In this document: piece after piece, positions 40,301-51,665 of the stretch
How the letters are laid out: the number at the start of each line of letters is the position of its first letter
Numbering within the stretch: position 1 is the first letter of the stretch
Assembly (NCBI RefSeq): GCF_003704095.1
Contig: NW_020847372.1
Span: 372,001 to 436,000, forward strand
Origin: Pocillopora damicornis
Taxonomy: Eukaryota
Length of the DNA stretch: 64,000 nt
Reading direction: 5' to 3'
Translations under genes and position numbers: made by a program
The notes under the pieces: model-generated
What the model was told of the DNA's origin: nothing
Databases searched by the model: none
What the model saw: the letters and a program-made list of their open reading frames with translations, nothing else

Positions 40301-41923
40301 CTCAAGCGACAGGAGTCCAACACACTTAAATAAATTCACATCCAATGGCATGCATCTGTAGTGCACTAGAAATTTGTTAAGTGAGGCCCAACAGTTATTG
40401 GCAGAGAGTAAAGATTTGTTTGCTTGTTAAAATAGTTTTTCACTTATCTTTCAGACAGAGAATATAATCATCATGCTGGCCAGTTTTCCATATGGAAAAT
40501 ATGTTGCATATGGACTACTTTTTAATGGTTGAATAGTGTTAAATATCACCACTGCCGATATGAATTTGTTGTCAGTCCAATATAAAATCCACATTCCTCA
40601 AAGTATGGAAACAAGATTAATATCAGTGGCCACGTTTATTGAGCCACGTAAAACTTTTGAAGTAAGACATTCATTCAACCGCAAAACCTTTCGAATCATA
40701 TCAGAACATTACTTGCTGCATAGCGCTTTGATTCATAACACTGATTTGGAACATTTCGCATAAAAATTGCCCTTCATTTCAAAGTAGTCTCCCTTTGAAG
40801 GATTTTCGATCAGAAAGGTTTTAGAAACACAACGTGCTTTACAATACTTCATTCATGCGTTTAGCGCTTCGCAAGACACACCAATATGGCTCTGGGCGTA
40901 CAGTACAGATAAAGTGTTCTTAATCACACTTGTTTTCTTACTAATATATGTTAAGTACGAATTTGAAAACTCTATAAACCAAAAAAGAAATCAAATAAAA
41001 TCAACAAAAACATATACAAGCAATCAAATAATGTTAAAGCCAATTTCCTTTGACTAATGGCTGATAATGTGAGCGTCTCTTGGTCCGAATTCAAGAGGTT
41101 ATTGAAAAAATGCAACGGAACTTTACGCTAGTGTAGATATAAATATGCCGTGACTCCCAATTGTATTCGCGTAACGCGACAGGAGCAGGTTGCAATTTTA
41201 CAAGAACTGCTAGAGGGAAATCAGGAGATATTTAAATGCCTCCGTTTATAGAAATTCTTACGGTTTTTAGTTCTATATATATATAACTGAGAGATAAAGA
41301 CTAACACATGAACATAAAGACAAAAAAATTCAAATTGTCTGACGAGAACATTTCAGCTTCATTCATGTCGGCCACAAGGGCGTTTTAAATTACGTATATT
41401 GCTTCAATATCGTTTCGGATTGAGGTCAGCTATGCAGAAAACGCGTTTTTGTTCATCTTCCTTTTCTGTGAAAGATATACAAACCGGCAAAAAAAGTTTG
41501 CAAAATAAACAGGCAAACTTTCTTAACAATCTATATTCATTCAAGGATGCTCATAACTAAAACGAACACAGCGTTACATTTCACTAGGAAGACGTTTGAA
41601 ACCCACATACCTGGTTCTCAGGATTGACCGCCTGGAAAAAAAATTAAAAAACAGCGTAAGATTCAGAAGATAATTTATTGACTTGTAGATAAAATAAAAT
41701 AAAATAGACTTCGCTTACATCTGTGAATCTGAACGATCCTAGCGACAAGCGTCGAACATCAGACAAGGCCTGTTAACGGAAATTGATTTTACACTCTATT
41801 TAGTATATTTCAAGAAACGTGTACGAAAATATTTATTTCTTATTTTCTTCGCGGGATCCTTACTTGGGGGTTCAAAAGAGATTTACAGCGGCGAAAAAGC
41901 GAAGAGAACACAGGATTACTCAT
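34316..41923 (-). CDS. ppd: Phosphonopyruvate decarboxylase (ThDP-dependent), ~442 aa, 10 exons
   Basis: Exons 41923-41864, 41769-41719, 41631-41611, 39573-39298, 38212-38053, 37397-37342, 36307-36201, 35877-35661, 35048-34851, 34498-34316, all phase-consistent (1329 nt). Motifs [66 protein letters not shown]...[15 protein letters not shown]. Confidence 0.93.
36450..37020. mobile_element. Cluster of tRNA-derived SINE fragments (inverted pair plus a further copy) in ppd intron
   Basis: ~36451-36535 is an imperfect reverse complement of ~36600-36686. B-box-like GGTTCAAATCC at ~36788 followed by CAGGCCTGAATTTTTTTCAGGC. Confidence 0.6.
36834..36961. mobile_element. Palindromic MITE with 8-bp TSD (hAT-type) nested in a SINE
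   Basis: GATCAATATCAGTATCTGGGCAACTGCCCACCTACCCC...GGGGTAGGTGGGCAGCTGCCCAGATACTGATATTGATC flanked by TTATTTTC (36826-36833 and 36962-36969). Partial relative at ~29849-29885. Confidence 0.75.
38627..39044. mobile_element. Two tandem ~210-bp TTAA-flanked MITEs (piggyBac-like ends)
   Basis: TTAACC(A/C)TT..ACTCCC ... GGGAGTTAAAGG.TTAA; the two copies share the TTAA at 38832-38835. Confidence 0.72.
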
Positions 41924-43672
41924 TCTCGTGATCGTTGATGTCTCAAAGGGATAGTCTAATGGCAACCCGTAAAATTACGACACGCTCTAATAATTGCGCA
42001 AGAGCATATCAGACGGTTATAACAAACTGACCAATCACAGGCTCGTTGCCAGCGCGACGGTTTCCTCGGAAATTTTCTTTTAAAAAGACGGAAACATAAC
42101 ATACAAACAATCCAGGATCAAACGATCCCATAAAGACTCCTCGGGGAAATCATAATGTGCAGCGTCTACTTTTGTTGTGACTGTTTTATTGTAATATCAT
42201 AATATTAGCATCATTGAATTTTCAGATGTGACATTCTATCGCGTAACCCTGCTTGAACAGTTTTGATAGTGGTTACCTGGACAGAAATTTATTGCCAATA
42301 GAACGATGTCGTAATATGAAATTCGAGCAGTACTATAATTTCGCAAATTTCGACCCCAAATAAAGAAGCATCGATTGAAACACGTAGGCAGGCTGTAATT
42401 ATGCTCTTGGCATAAAACCATAGTCAGGTTTCTAAGGAATCTCTTTGGTTTTCGCTGTTTATACTCTCTGAACGTGTAAAGAAGCATGGGACTGAGCCGA
42501 AACTTTTTCTTTTTTAATTACTTTTTCTGAGATTGTAGAAATCAACAACAGTAATTCTAAGTTAGAAGTAAATCGGGGTGCGAAATATTAAAACCAAACA
42601 GGAATTGGACGACATACATGCAACAACAAGATTTCAGGAATTTTTTTTTTCCGTTCCAGAAGACGAAAGCTTGGAAGCTTTTTGTTCTCCCCTTATTGAT
42701 ACAGCTAATTTCAATAACATTGTTAAAAAAAAAAAAAGAAGCTTTATTCAAGAAGCAAAAACTGAGGAAAAAGGCAAATAAGAATTTATTTATAGCATAG
42801 AAACCTGTCTTCTGACTATATGCCTGCCAGCCGAACAATTTCACACAACGTTCCATTTTCAAACCTCTTGAGAGTATCAGATGCTGTTTAGGGAATTCAA
42901 GCGATTCCTAAAAATTGAAAAAATAAATGATATACCAATGAATTATGCTTATGCTAATTAGTATTCGAACTTGGCATTTCTATGACAACGTCACTGATGT
43001 ATTTTATTAATATTCCCTTACTGCGCCTCTCCCCACGTGAATTCCCGTCAAACTGCACGCACTGTCCGTCGTGAGATCTACCCGGTTCAAAATTAGCCGC
43101 TGTGAAGTTCACAGGCTCACGCCCCTCGTGTTTTTCATGTGCTGATCATGATACCAACTGTGTAAACATTATTGTGTTCCTCTTTCATTGTGTCTTTGTT
43201 CCGCGAAACTCAGTACAATGACGATGCTCCTCTGTTATAAATTTTTCCTTGAACTTCACGAACACGGGATTATGGCGTGCTTGGAGCGGAAAAAATGACA
43301 AATACGTTCCTGATTCAAACCCCTTTTTTTCCAATTAAATTCAAAGTTCATGATGTACTATTTTTATTTTTATGCGCCTTGTATTGCATCGTTATGATCT
43401 AGGACAATGAATATCTTTCGAAGGCTTCTCTGGTACTTTCATGACTAACTGACTTTTAACTTTTTTTTTTTTTTAAAGACTGATACTGTTTTTTGCACTT
43501 TTGGTTTCGACGATGCATCTTGGGCGCCATGCCAGGTCAGAGTAATCAGTAGCAAACAAAAATCAGAACGAAAGAAAAAAACTTCCATATCTTTTTTTGT
43601 TTAGTTCGTTTGAATTTATACGTTCTTTGACCTTACCTCTGGTCGTCCAGGCGAGGAATGATACTCTTTCTC

Positions 43673-43841
43673 ATTGTAATTAATAAAACAGTCCGGTTAA
43701 AGAGTGCTATTTTTAGAGAATGAAAATTCATTTGTTCAACCAGCCTCGGATATTTCTCGGATTATTGTAATTAATAAAACAGTCCGGTTAAAGAGTGCTA
43801 TTTTTAGAGAATGAAAATTCATTTGTTCAACCAGCCTCGGA
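43673..43841. repeat. 78-bp perfect direct repeat, period 91
   Basis: ATTGTAATTAATAAAACAGTCCGG...CAACCAGCCTCGGA at 43673-43750 and 43764-43841. Confidence 0.9.
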
Positions 43842-44520
43842 CTGGGTTAAAGACATTTCAGACATATTTGACGAGGTCAAGTTGATAAACGAGGAAACTG
43901 TGGCTCACTGAATGAGTAACGCAACACTGTCAATTTGATCGTTGTTGGCACCTTGTAAGCTGGAAACCATGGAAATACAAAAATATTTTTGATTTGATCT
44001 CTATTAATTTTCAATTATCAATTCACTGAAACAAGGGTGGTTCTAATCTCGTACCCAGATCCTACCGTTTAACTGGAATGTAGGCTTGCCGTGGAAGGTC
44101 TGGGTACGGGACTAGAGTGCTACATACCCCGCGCCTTCCATTGTTCGTCACCTTGCGTGCGTGCTCATGCCAAGCACTAATGAAAATATAATAATATAAT
44201 TTTTTTGTTACTTACTAGCATTACAAGTCAGTTAGAAGAATTCAGTTATCCTGCAATATTTCAGGATTGAAGGATTTTATGGAACTCGACGGAAATAGCT
44301 GAGTCATTGAAACACAGCAGTAATTGACTGGGATTAGGGTCACTTGTATCTCGATCAGTTCAGTGCGAATGCAAGATTCGTGGCGTAGCCTCTTTCACCA
44401 CCTGGGCAGATCCTGAGAACATAAATTATCGTATTTTCTCCACTTATCACGGAACTGTTATCTGTTTCCATATTAGGAACTGTGTCACGCACTCTGGTCT
44501 TTTGTAAAAACATCTATAAT

Positions 44521-44630
44521 AAGGAAAGATGTTTTTCGTCTTGTCACGAGCGTGGGACAAAGAAAAAATTCTGAGTCCCAATGAGGAATCGAGCCTCAGA
44601 CCCTCTCTCTTATTTCCATCTACAAACATC
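44521..44630 (-). mobile_element. tRNA-derived SINE fragment
   Basis: Minus strand GGTCTGAGGCTCGATTCCTCA..GACTCAGAATTTTTT (B-box-like); second fragment at ~35521-35568. Confidence 0.55.
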
Positions 44631-45047
44631 TCTAATATTACGTTTAGTAAAGGTCCCTGAGAGGCGAGGCATAATTAATGTTTGGCGAAGCTGTGATGTT
44701 TATGTTGTAACGGTCTAGGACTTTTTCCGGTCATATGACGAGTCGTGTCGATTGTTACTGGGGAAGAGGAAGAAGGGAGAATGAAAATATGACTGGACGT
44801 GTTCACCGTCTATGATATCGCTACACCCTTACTTCAGCATAACGTAGGTGAGCAGGGTTGACTTAAAAATAGCCTCAGACTATGCGAATTTTGGTGATTT
44901 CACGTTGTTGTTTTGCAGATGTACGAAGTTGTAAACGCTCGTGCTGAGCTATTGTTCTGCTCACCAGATCTTGTGTTTCGTAACCTCCTCGTCGTCGTCG
45001 TCCTCGCGTGGTTTGCTTAAGGTCCCTTTTAAGTACGTACTACAATG

Positions 45048-45370
45048 TTAATCCTTTAACTCCAAAGATCTGATTGTTAACCCTTTACATCCTAATACCA
45101 GTATGCATGTTCTCTATCCTTTGTATCATACATTTGTTAAGATGCTTAAAATGAGAATTTACAATTGAGAGTTTCTTTAGTTGGTGATCATTTCCTTTAT
45201 TCTTGTGACCACCATGTATGATTCAGGGGAGATATTACAAGGAGAAATTAGATGTTAGTCACTTCAAGAGGTAAAAGGGTTCATTTTCCGCTCTATCTGC
45301 TACACATTTTCTTGCAGATTGGTTTCGAGAATTTAATTTTAGATCAAGGTAACAACTTCGACCTGAATTA
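45048..45370. mobile_element. Nested TTAA MITEs
   Basis: Outer element resembles the reverse complement of the 38832 copy and is interrupted at its internal TTAA (45077) by an inner element ending at ~45283. Confidence 0.62.
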
Positions 45371-45993
45371 ACTCGCTAAGAGAGTCAAATGTGTAAAGCA
45401 TACGTAAATGTTCGTCCTGTAAATATTACTTGACTAACCGAATTATAATCGTAGCGTACATGTAAACATTATTCGATCCTCTCTTCTAGTACTGTGGTTT
45501 GTGTTCTCGATAACATCTCGTAATCAGGCAACGGTGAACTCCTGGACTTGTATCAGTTGATGTGAAAGTATAAAGGTAAGAAGGTAAAGTTTGGAGATGA
45601 AGTGATTGAGCTAGCATACTTAAAATGATTTCAAGTCTGAACCCTAACCCGAAATGAGAAACAGTTATTGTGTCGACTGATCACTTTTCATACGAACATA
45701 AATTGAAATTATTACTGACAAAGCTTAGTCTTGTTTCCAAATCTTTGTCATCATTTTCAAATATGATGCCACCATCAAGATTATTGAGAGGGAACCACCA
45801 CGATTCGTGTTGATCACATTTAATGGAGCCCTCGAAAGGCTTTGAATGAGGCAATAAAATGTTGAAATAGGATGTTGTTCATCTGTTTTATTTAAGTGCT
45901 ATTCCTTTCAATCGATCTCTATTCATTTAGCAAGATAACACACTCGTGATCTGTAATTTGATATTTATTTAGAGTATTCAATGTAGTTTTTAA

Positions 45994-46250
45994 GGGGAAT
46001 TTTTTCCCAGAATAATGAGTAACGTAATCCACTATATGTAACAGATGAGCAATTGTTTAAAGAAATGATTCGCTAAGAGGGTCAAATGTGTAAAGCAAAC
46101 GTAACAGTTTAAAACATTCCCTGTGTCTTGGTGTAGTTGGTGTTCCAAAAAAACAAACGACACAGTATGTATTTTGCGATGAATCCGAAAACAAAATCAT
46201 TTCCGCTTGCTTCTGTCATTGGTTTATCATGTGATACCACTTTCACTTTC
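45994..46250. promoter_or_regulatory. Candidate immune response elements upstream of cGLR (GAS and ISRE/IRF-E)
   Basis: TTCCCAGAA at 46004-46012 next to GGGGAATTTT at 45994; ACTTTCACTTTC at 46239-46250 (GAAAGTGAAAGT on minus). Motif match only. Confidence 0.4.
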
Positions 46251-46676
46251 GATCGGGAGTTAAATACTCCTTAGTTTAACATTATCTTGTGTGAAAACTA
46301 AATTTTTTTTAAAAATAACTAGAAATCGTGTAATGTAAATATTACTTGACTCAACGAATTATAATCGTTGCGTACATGCACTCATTTTTCAATCCTCTCT
46401 TCTTGTGTTGCGGCTTGTGTTTTTGAGGTAGTATTGCTGTTAGCGAGAAACAAATTTGACCTTTATTTCGGTGTCGCGTTTGCTACACTCACCTTACATT
46501 AATATGATTTTACTTAGGCAAATAATTCGGTATTAGTTGATCAAGCTAAGGTTTATTCTGAGATGGATAGAGAAGACTATTTATGTGAGATCTTTTCTTT
46601 CTATTTTAAAGCTTATCGAAGACGCTGTCTGGGTACATTTTGCTGTAGTCTGACCTAGTTCTGTTTTTTTTCTTTC

Positions 46677-49294
46677 ATGAGACCCTTTTGCTGTATGAAG
46701 ACCATCAAACGGTTTGTTCGTTATACGGCCCTATGTCCAGTTTTAATCCTTTTATTTCGATTGTTTAACCTCATCGTGGATGGAGTAAACATTCAGCTTA
46801 GCGCCACTGCAATCATAATATTGGTTGTAACTACTTTAATTGGTGCGGTATTTCTGCGTATTGCTAAGTACCAGCTGGCACGGTGTTTGGTAAGTACACT
46901 AGAGGAAGGTGTTCGGGCTTTAGAAAACTGTTAAACATAATAAGTTCCGTAGGAATGAATTAATTGTTTTCGCTTTTTTTAATTTAAAAAAACTGATTTT
47001 TTTTCTGAGCATCTCTTCTTTGTCTGAGCAAAGTTGAGAATGATGCACATAGTTTTTAGAGTTAGGGTTACGTTCTTATAGGAATTACGGCAACAGAGGG
47101 GGCCATGAATACAAAGTCACCCTTTAACTCCCAGTTCAAATTTGTCATTCTCCTTACTGTCAACCATTCAATTCTTATAATGTTAGTTTAGAGAATTTAG
47201 TATTGGATCAACTAATTATCCCCAAATTGATATTTTTCTTTACTCTCATCATCTATCTGGTTGATATTGTATCGATATTGTAAGGAGAAATTCTGTCTTG
47301 GTCACTCACGGGAGTTAAATGGTTATCTTAGGAGCCATGGGGGATCTAGGTGCTGCCAGAGTTTCAGTCAAAAGAAGAGAGATGTTTTGAACTGAACGAA
47401 CAACTTTCATTTTTGCAAGAATACTAATAATCGACAGTCGCTTCAACGTTGCCTGGCAATATACAGAAAAGTAACATTTGAAGTGCAATAAAAGTCATTA
47501 AAAGAAGCTGACTTGGCTTCAGTGTGATGGAAATCATATTTATCAGGAACTTAGAGATTACCATCTTTCGGGGAAGGATACACCCATGTTCACCTCTACG
47601 GGAAACCATCTTCGGCTCTCGTTTCAACCCCATATTTACAAATCGTGGATCCACCCCAGAGGACAAGTTACAGTTACTATTAATAGTGACTTTGAAACAC
47701 AAGGGTCGATGTATGTTTTTCCTTGCAGAGACTTTGCTTCCCTGTCACTTGTGGTCACAGAAAGTTAGTTTTCACCGGCAGAAGTTCGGAGACTCTTAAA
47801 AACATCCTAATGTCAGTGGACAGTGATGTACCCTCCAGTAGTAAAGTTGAAGAGTTCCAAAAAAGAAACGCTCTACCCTATCTGGAAGATTTCAAAAGTT
47901 CTCTAGAGAAGTATGTGGCAACAACAACACCATTCCAGTATATTTTCACAGGGAGCGTAGAAGAGAGATTCAGCTTCCCGCTAATGATGGTAAAGGATGC
48001 TCGCTGTGTATGTGGATTGTGTCCATCCTATGACATTGGCCCTTTAACATCAGATCTAGACGTCATGTTTTTCTGCGGAGAACATAAAGCTTCATTTGCA
48101 GGTCAAGAAGATATCTTCGTCGAGTATCTTATTCCCGAGAATAACGGTTTCACTGGCTATGCTAAACTCACTCAGCTCACTCCTGGCTTCCAAGAGCGTG
48201 TTCTAAGTTCTGAATTTGTCATGCACAGAGCAAGAAAGGCCATTCTTTGTACACGTGCTCTCAATCTACCCAGTATTAGAGAGTGTTGTGGATTGAACAT
48301 GTGCACTCAAGTAACACTTCATTCGAAAGGCCCAGCGATGAAATTTCGCATGCTACCTGTTTTCGAAGCTGACATTACAGTTTCTGTCCAGTGCCCAGAG
48401 TGGCCAGCTTTGAGTGACTGGGGCAACCGAGCGAGATTTTGGCCCAGCATAGCTGACGTACACAGAATAATGTCACTTGGCTGTCATCTGGTGGCCAAAC
48501 CAGCACCAAGTGATAAGAATAAAACAAGTTGGCGATTCTCATTCTCTTTAGCAGAAGTTGAACTCTCAAAACTTGTCCCAGACACAGCAAGGAAATGCTT
48601 CATGGCTATGAAAATAATCTTGAAAGATCATCTTCAACCAGTTTGGCCAGCAATCACATCTTACCACTTGAAAACCGTATTCCTAAATACTCTGGAAAAG
48701 GTTCCAGTGGGTTTCTGGATTGAGGATAACATAGAAGAATGTTTTATGACGTTGCTAGCTGAGCTTCGTGATGCTTTTCATTCCAGGAATTGTCGCCATC
48801 ATTGGTTCAGTTCCGTTAATTTGTTCGGTGGAGGAGGGTCTTCCTTTTGCTTTTTTTCCAACGCCAAACAATTCCAAATTTTGGGTAACAAGGTAGAAAG
48901 AATCATGTGCAACCCTGCGCCATTCCTTTTTGACAGTGGTTGTTGTTGTCTCTCGCCATGTTGTCTCCGAGTGCCACAAAACAACTTCAGCCGAAGAAGC
49001 ACCGAGCAGCTGCTTGCTGAGTATGAAGAAGTTGCCTTTCCTAGAAATGTCCAATGTTCCGCTCAAACTCACGATCCCGTCAGCTATTCATTACTTGGTT
49101 CCTCGTCTCCCAGGTCTGAAGCCGAGCCTCATCTCAGCCGTCAGTGCACTGATGATCAACAACAGTTGAACACAACTGGGCCAGATCATGTTGTCATCTC
49201 TCTTCCTCAAAAACACCTTCATGAGGAGGACCACACTTCCCACACTGGTTGTGATGAAGACCGAGAGTATTTGGTTCCCGTTTTAGACGTTTGA
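46677..49294 (+). CDS. cGAS-like receptor (Mab21/cGLR nucleotidyltransferase) with predicted N-terminal transmembrane segments, ~592 aa
   Basis: Exons 46677-46889 (donor GTAAGT) and 47729-49294 (acceptor TTGCAG), phase 0. Motifs: TGSVEE, SDLDVM, EADITV, CPEWP..W..R..WPS, GCHLVAK, WRFSFSLAEVEL, SYHLKTVFL, CRHHWF..NLF. Confidence 0.88.
47119..47325. mobile_element. TTAA-type MITE in cGLR intron
   Basis: CCCTTTAACTCCC ... GGGAGTTAAATGGTTA. Confidence 0.68.
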
Positions 49295-49974
49295 CATCAT
49301 TTGAACATACTTACAAAATACTAACGACAATTTTTTTAAATCAAGGAACACATAGGCTTGTTAAGAAGTTTATTTCAAACAAGTAAGATAAATCGGCAAG
49401 TTCAGACGATGTATAGACAGATATTATTCGACAAAGCAAGCAACTAGCAAGCAACATTTACTTTTACATTGACATTAATCTGCAACTTACATGGTTTTAA
49501 CATTGATTTTTTATTTTAATTTTGTATTCATTTTTGTGGAGCATGGAACAAAGAAAATCAAAATGACATTATGGTGAACTCGTGGATATACTGCAGAATT
49601 AAATCAGAATATACCGTCATGTTACTAAAAGCTAAGGAGAGTTTGCTTAGTCAATCCAAAAACGTCGACACCTCTCTTGCTGTAAATTTATTCATTTTAA
49701 TATTTTGTGATTAATTATAATAGTAGTAATGATGATGATGATGATGATAAAGATTTTGTTTCAGGAGGGTGGTACTTAATAGCCAAAGACCAATAAACTT
49801 GTGGCCTTACAAGTATTACCAAACTTTTACAAAGGGCCAATGACAAATAAAAACTAACTGAAACAATCGATCTATCTACAATTATATCATTACCCATTAC
49901 AAATAAAAAAGTAAAACAAATGAGAATGCATTTTTTTATTGGTAACATTGATTGCAAAATACTTAGAGAGTAAT

Positions 49975-50098
49975 ACATGGGCGTGCGTAGATATGGAATT
50001 TCTCTTCAAATGTTCAACTCGATAGCTCACGAGTGAGCGCAGCTATCGAGTTGAACACGAGAAGAGACATGAAAACCATATCTACAAGCACCCATGTT
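49975..50098. repeat. Long imperfect palindrome, probable end of a non-autonomous element
   Basis: ACATGGG..GTAGATATGG..TCTCTTC..TGTTCAACTCGATAGCT / AGCTATCGAGTTGAACA..GAAGAGA..CCATATCTAC..CCCATGT. A second, weaker palindrome lies at ~50737-50860. Confidence 0.65.
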
Positions 50099-51574
50099 TA
50101 TTTTGTTTATCATATAGACACAATGTAGCCCTTAACTAACACGGAAGTTTATTGAAGGATGATAAATAATGGATCCAGAATCCCCCCAAAAAAGTCATAA
50201 AGTACGTTGGCGGTAAGGCTCTACATAAAAAGTACGTTGAATCATTGCAAAACAAACAACGGGCGTAACTTTCGTTTACAAAATTCTCATTTATTGACTT
50301 TTCCTCACCGACAGAAGAAATCTTTTCAGGAACGCCGCCTGTGGCAAATCTTCCAGTTGTCCATTTTCGTTCTCAGCCGCGAGAAATGCCATCGCCAAGG
50401 CCATCGAACGTCACTGTCAGTAAGCGATACGAATTTTCTGTGTTTTAGCAGCCATAATCCGGATTGAGATTGGTGAGGGCTTTGACAGAGTTGCACGAAA
50501 GACAAGTGACTTATCAGCAGCTGATTGGCCGTATCAAACATGTCAAAAATTATCGTATCTTTTTCACATGTATTGTTGCGGCTTTTCTCAAGGATGGAAA
50601 TGCTTGTATAACACCGCAGTTTACATGACAATATCAATCGCTATAACACATTACAGTGAAAAAACAAAAGTAACAGGCCCAATCGTAATTTCTAGGGTTT
50701 GACTGTGATCATATGGAAATTTATAATAACTTGTTGCTAACCAAGCACGATGGCCGTACAGGGTAATATTAGCCCGAGCTCATGGCAGTACAGACCGCGC
50801 GCAGCGCAAACGACTGAGGACCAATATTCCCCAGTTCGGCTCGAGCAAGCGTGGTTAGTAAGTAGTTTAGTACATGGCGACCAAACTTGTTTATTTTGAA
50901 TCTGCTGGCTTTCGAGATATAAAAATAGACTGTGGAAACGGTCCGTATGGCATAGTTCAGACCAAGAAACAACCAATCAGAACGCTCATATTTACCTCAA
51001 GGTGATAACAACAATTACTGCACGAGAATAGTATCAACGCCTGCTGTTTTGGTAGCAAGCCTCTAATCCGTGTCATTTGGGAAAGTATTACGCATTTAAC
51101 GATATTCATTCAATAAAAATGAAAAATCCACCACGACTTCTATCTTAGCCGCCGAGTAAAATGATGCTTATATTATGCTCAGTATCTCAAAAGTCAAGGA
51201 GCGATGAAAGCATGAGATAACATCAGATTCATTCGTCGTCCGCCATTTCGTTAAAACTAGCTTGAAGGATCCGCGGTTGTACGAGACGGTCATTATTTCT
51301 GACTCTTACTTACAGACACACTCATGGAAGTCATCAGAAACGTAAAGCGTTGACACACAGCTTAGAAACACAACAGATGAAGGGTTATAATTCATTATAT
51401 TTCATCGTCCTATATTTCAACGACTTTGCCGAGTGGTCAGTTTTAGGGCGCGAGCTACATTTTAACATCTAAGTTCAAATCCTCTGATTAGCTTCTAAAC
51501 AAACTTTTACTCTGTTTCCCCGTTCGTTCTCCTTCATAGATAGCCAGCCTTCCTGCCAATCTACCTACACCACT

Positions 51575-51665
51575 CGCTCAGACGAAGGACTAACGCTCGA
51601 AACGTCAGTTTTAAACTCTTAACGGTGGCCAATCTACGTTATCAACTCAGTGGAGAATACCAAAT
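51575..51665 (+). mobile_element. Solo Penelope/retrozyme-type LTR fragment with degenerate hammerhead
   Basis: GCT-CAGACGA-AGGACTAACGCTC-GAAACGTC-AG; the core reads CAGACGA rather than CTGACGA. Confidence 0.55.

Noticed and set aside
43673-43841. Direct repeat with spacer as a CRISPR-like array
   Set aside because: Only two 78-bp units with a 13-bp gap; a simple local duplication in a eukaryote.
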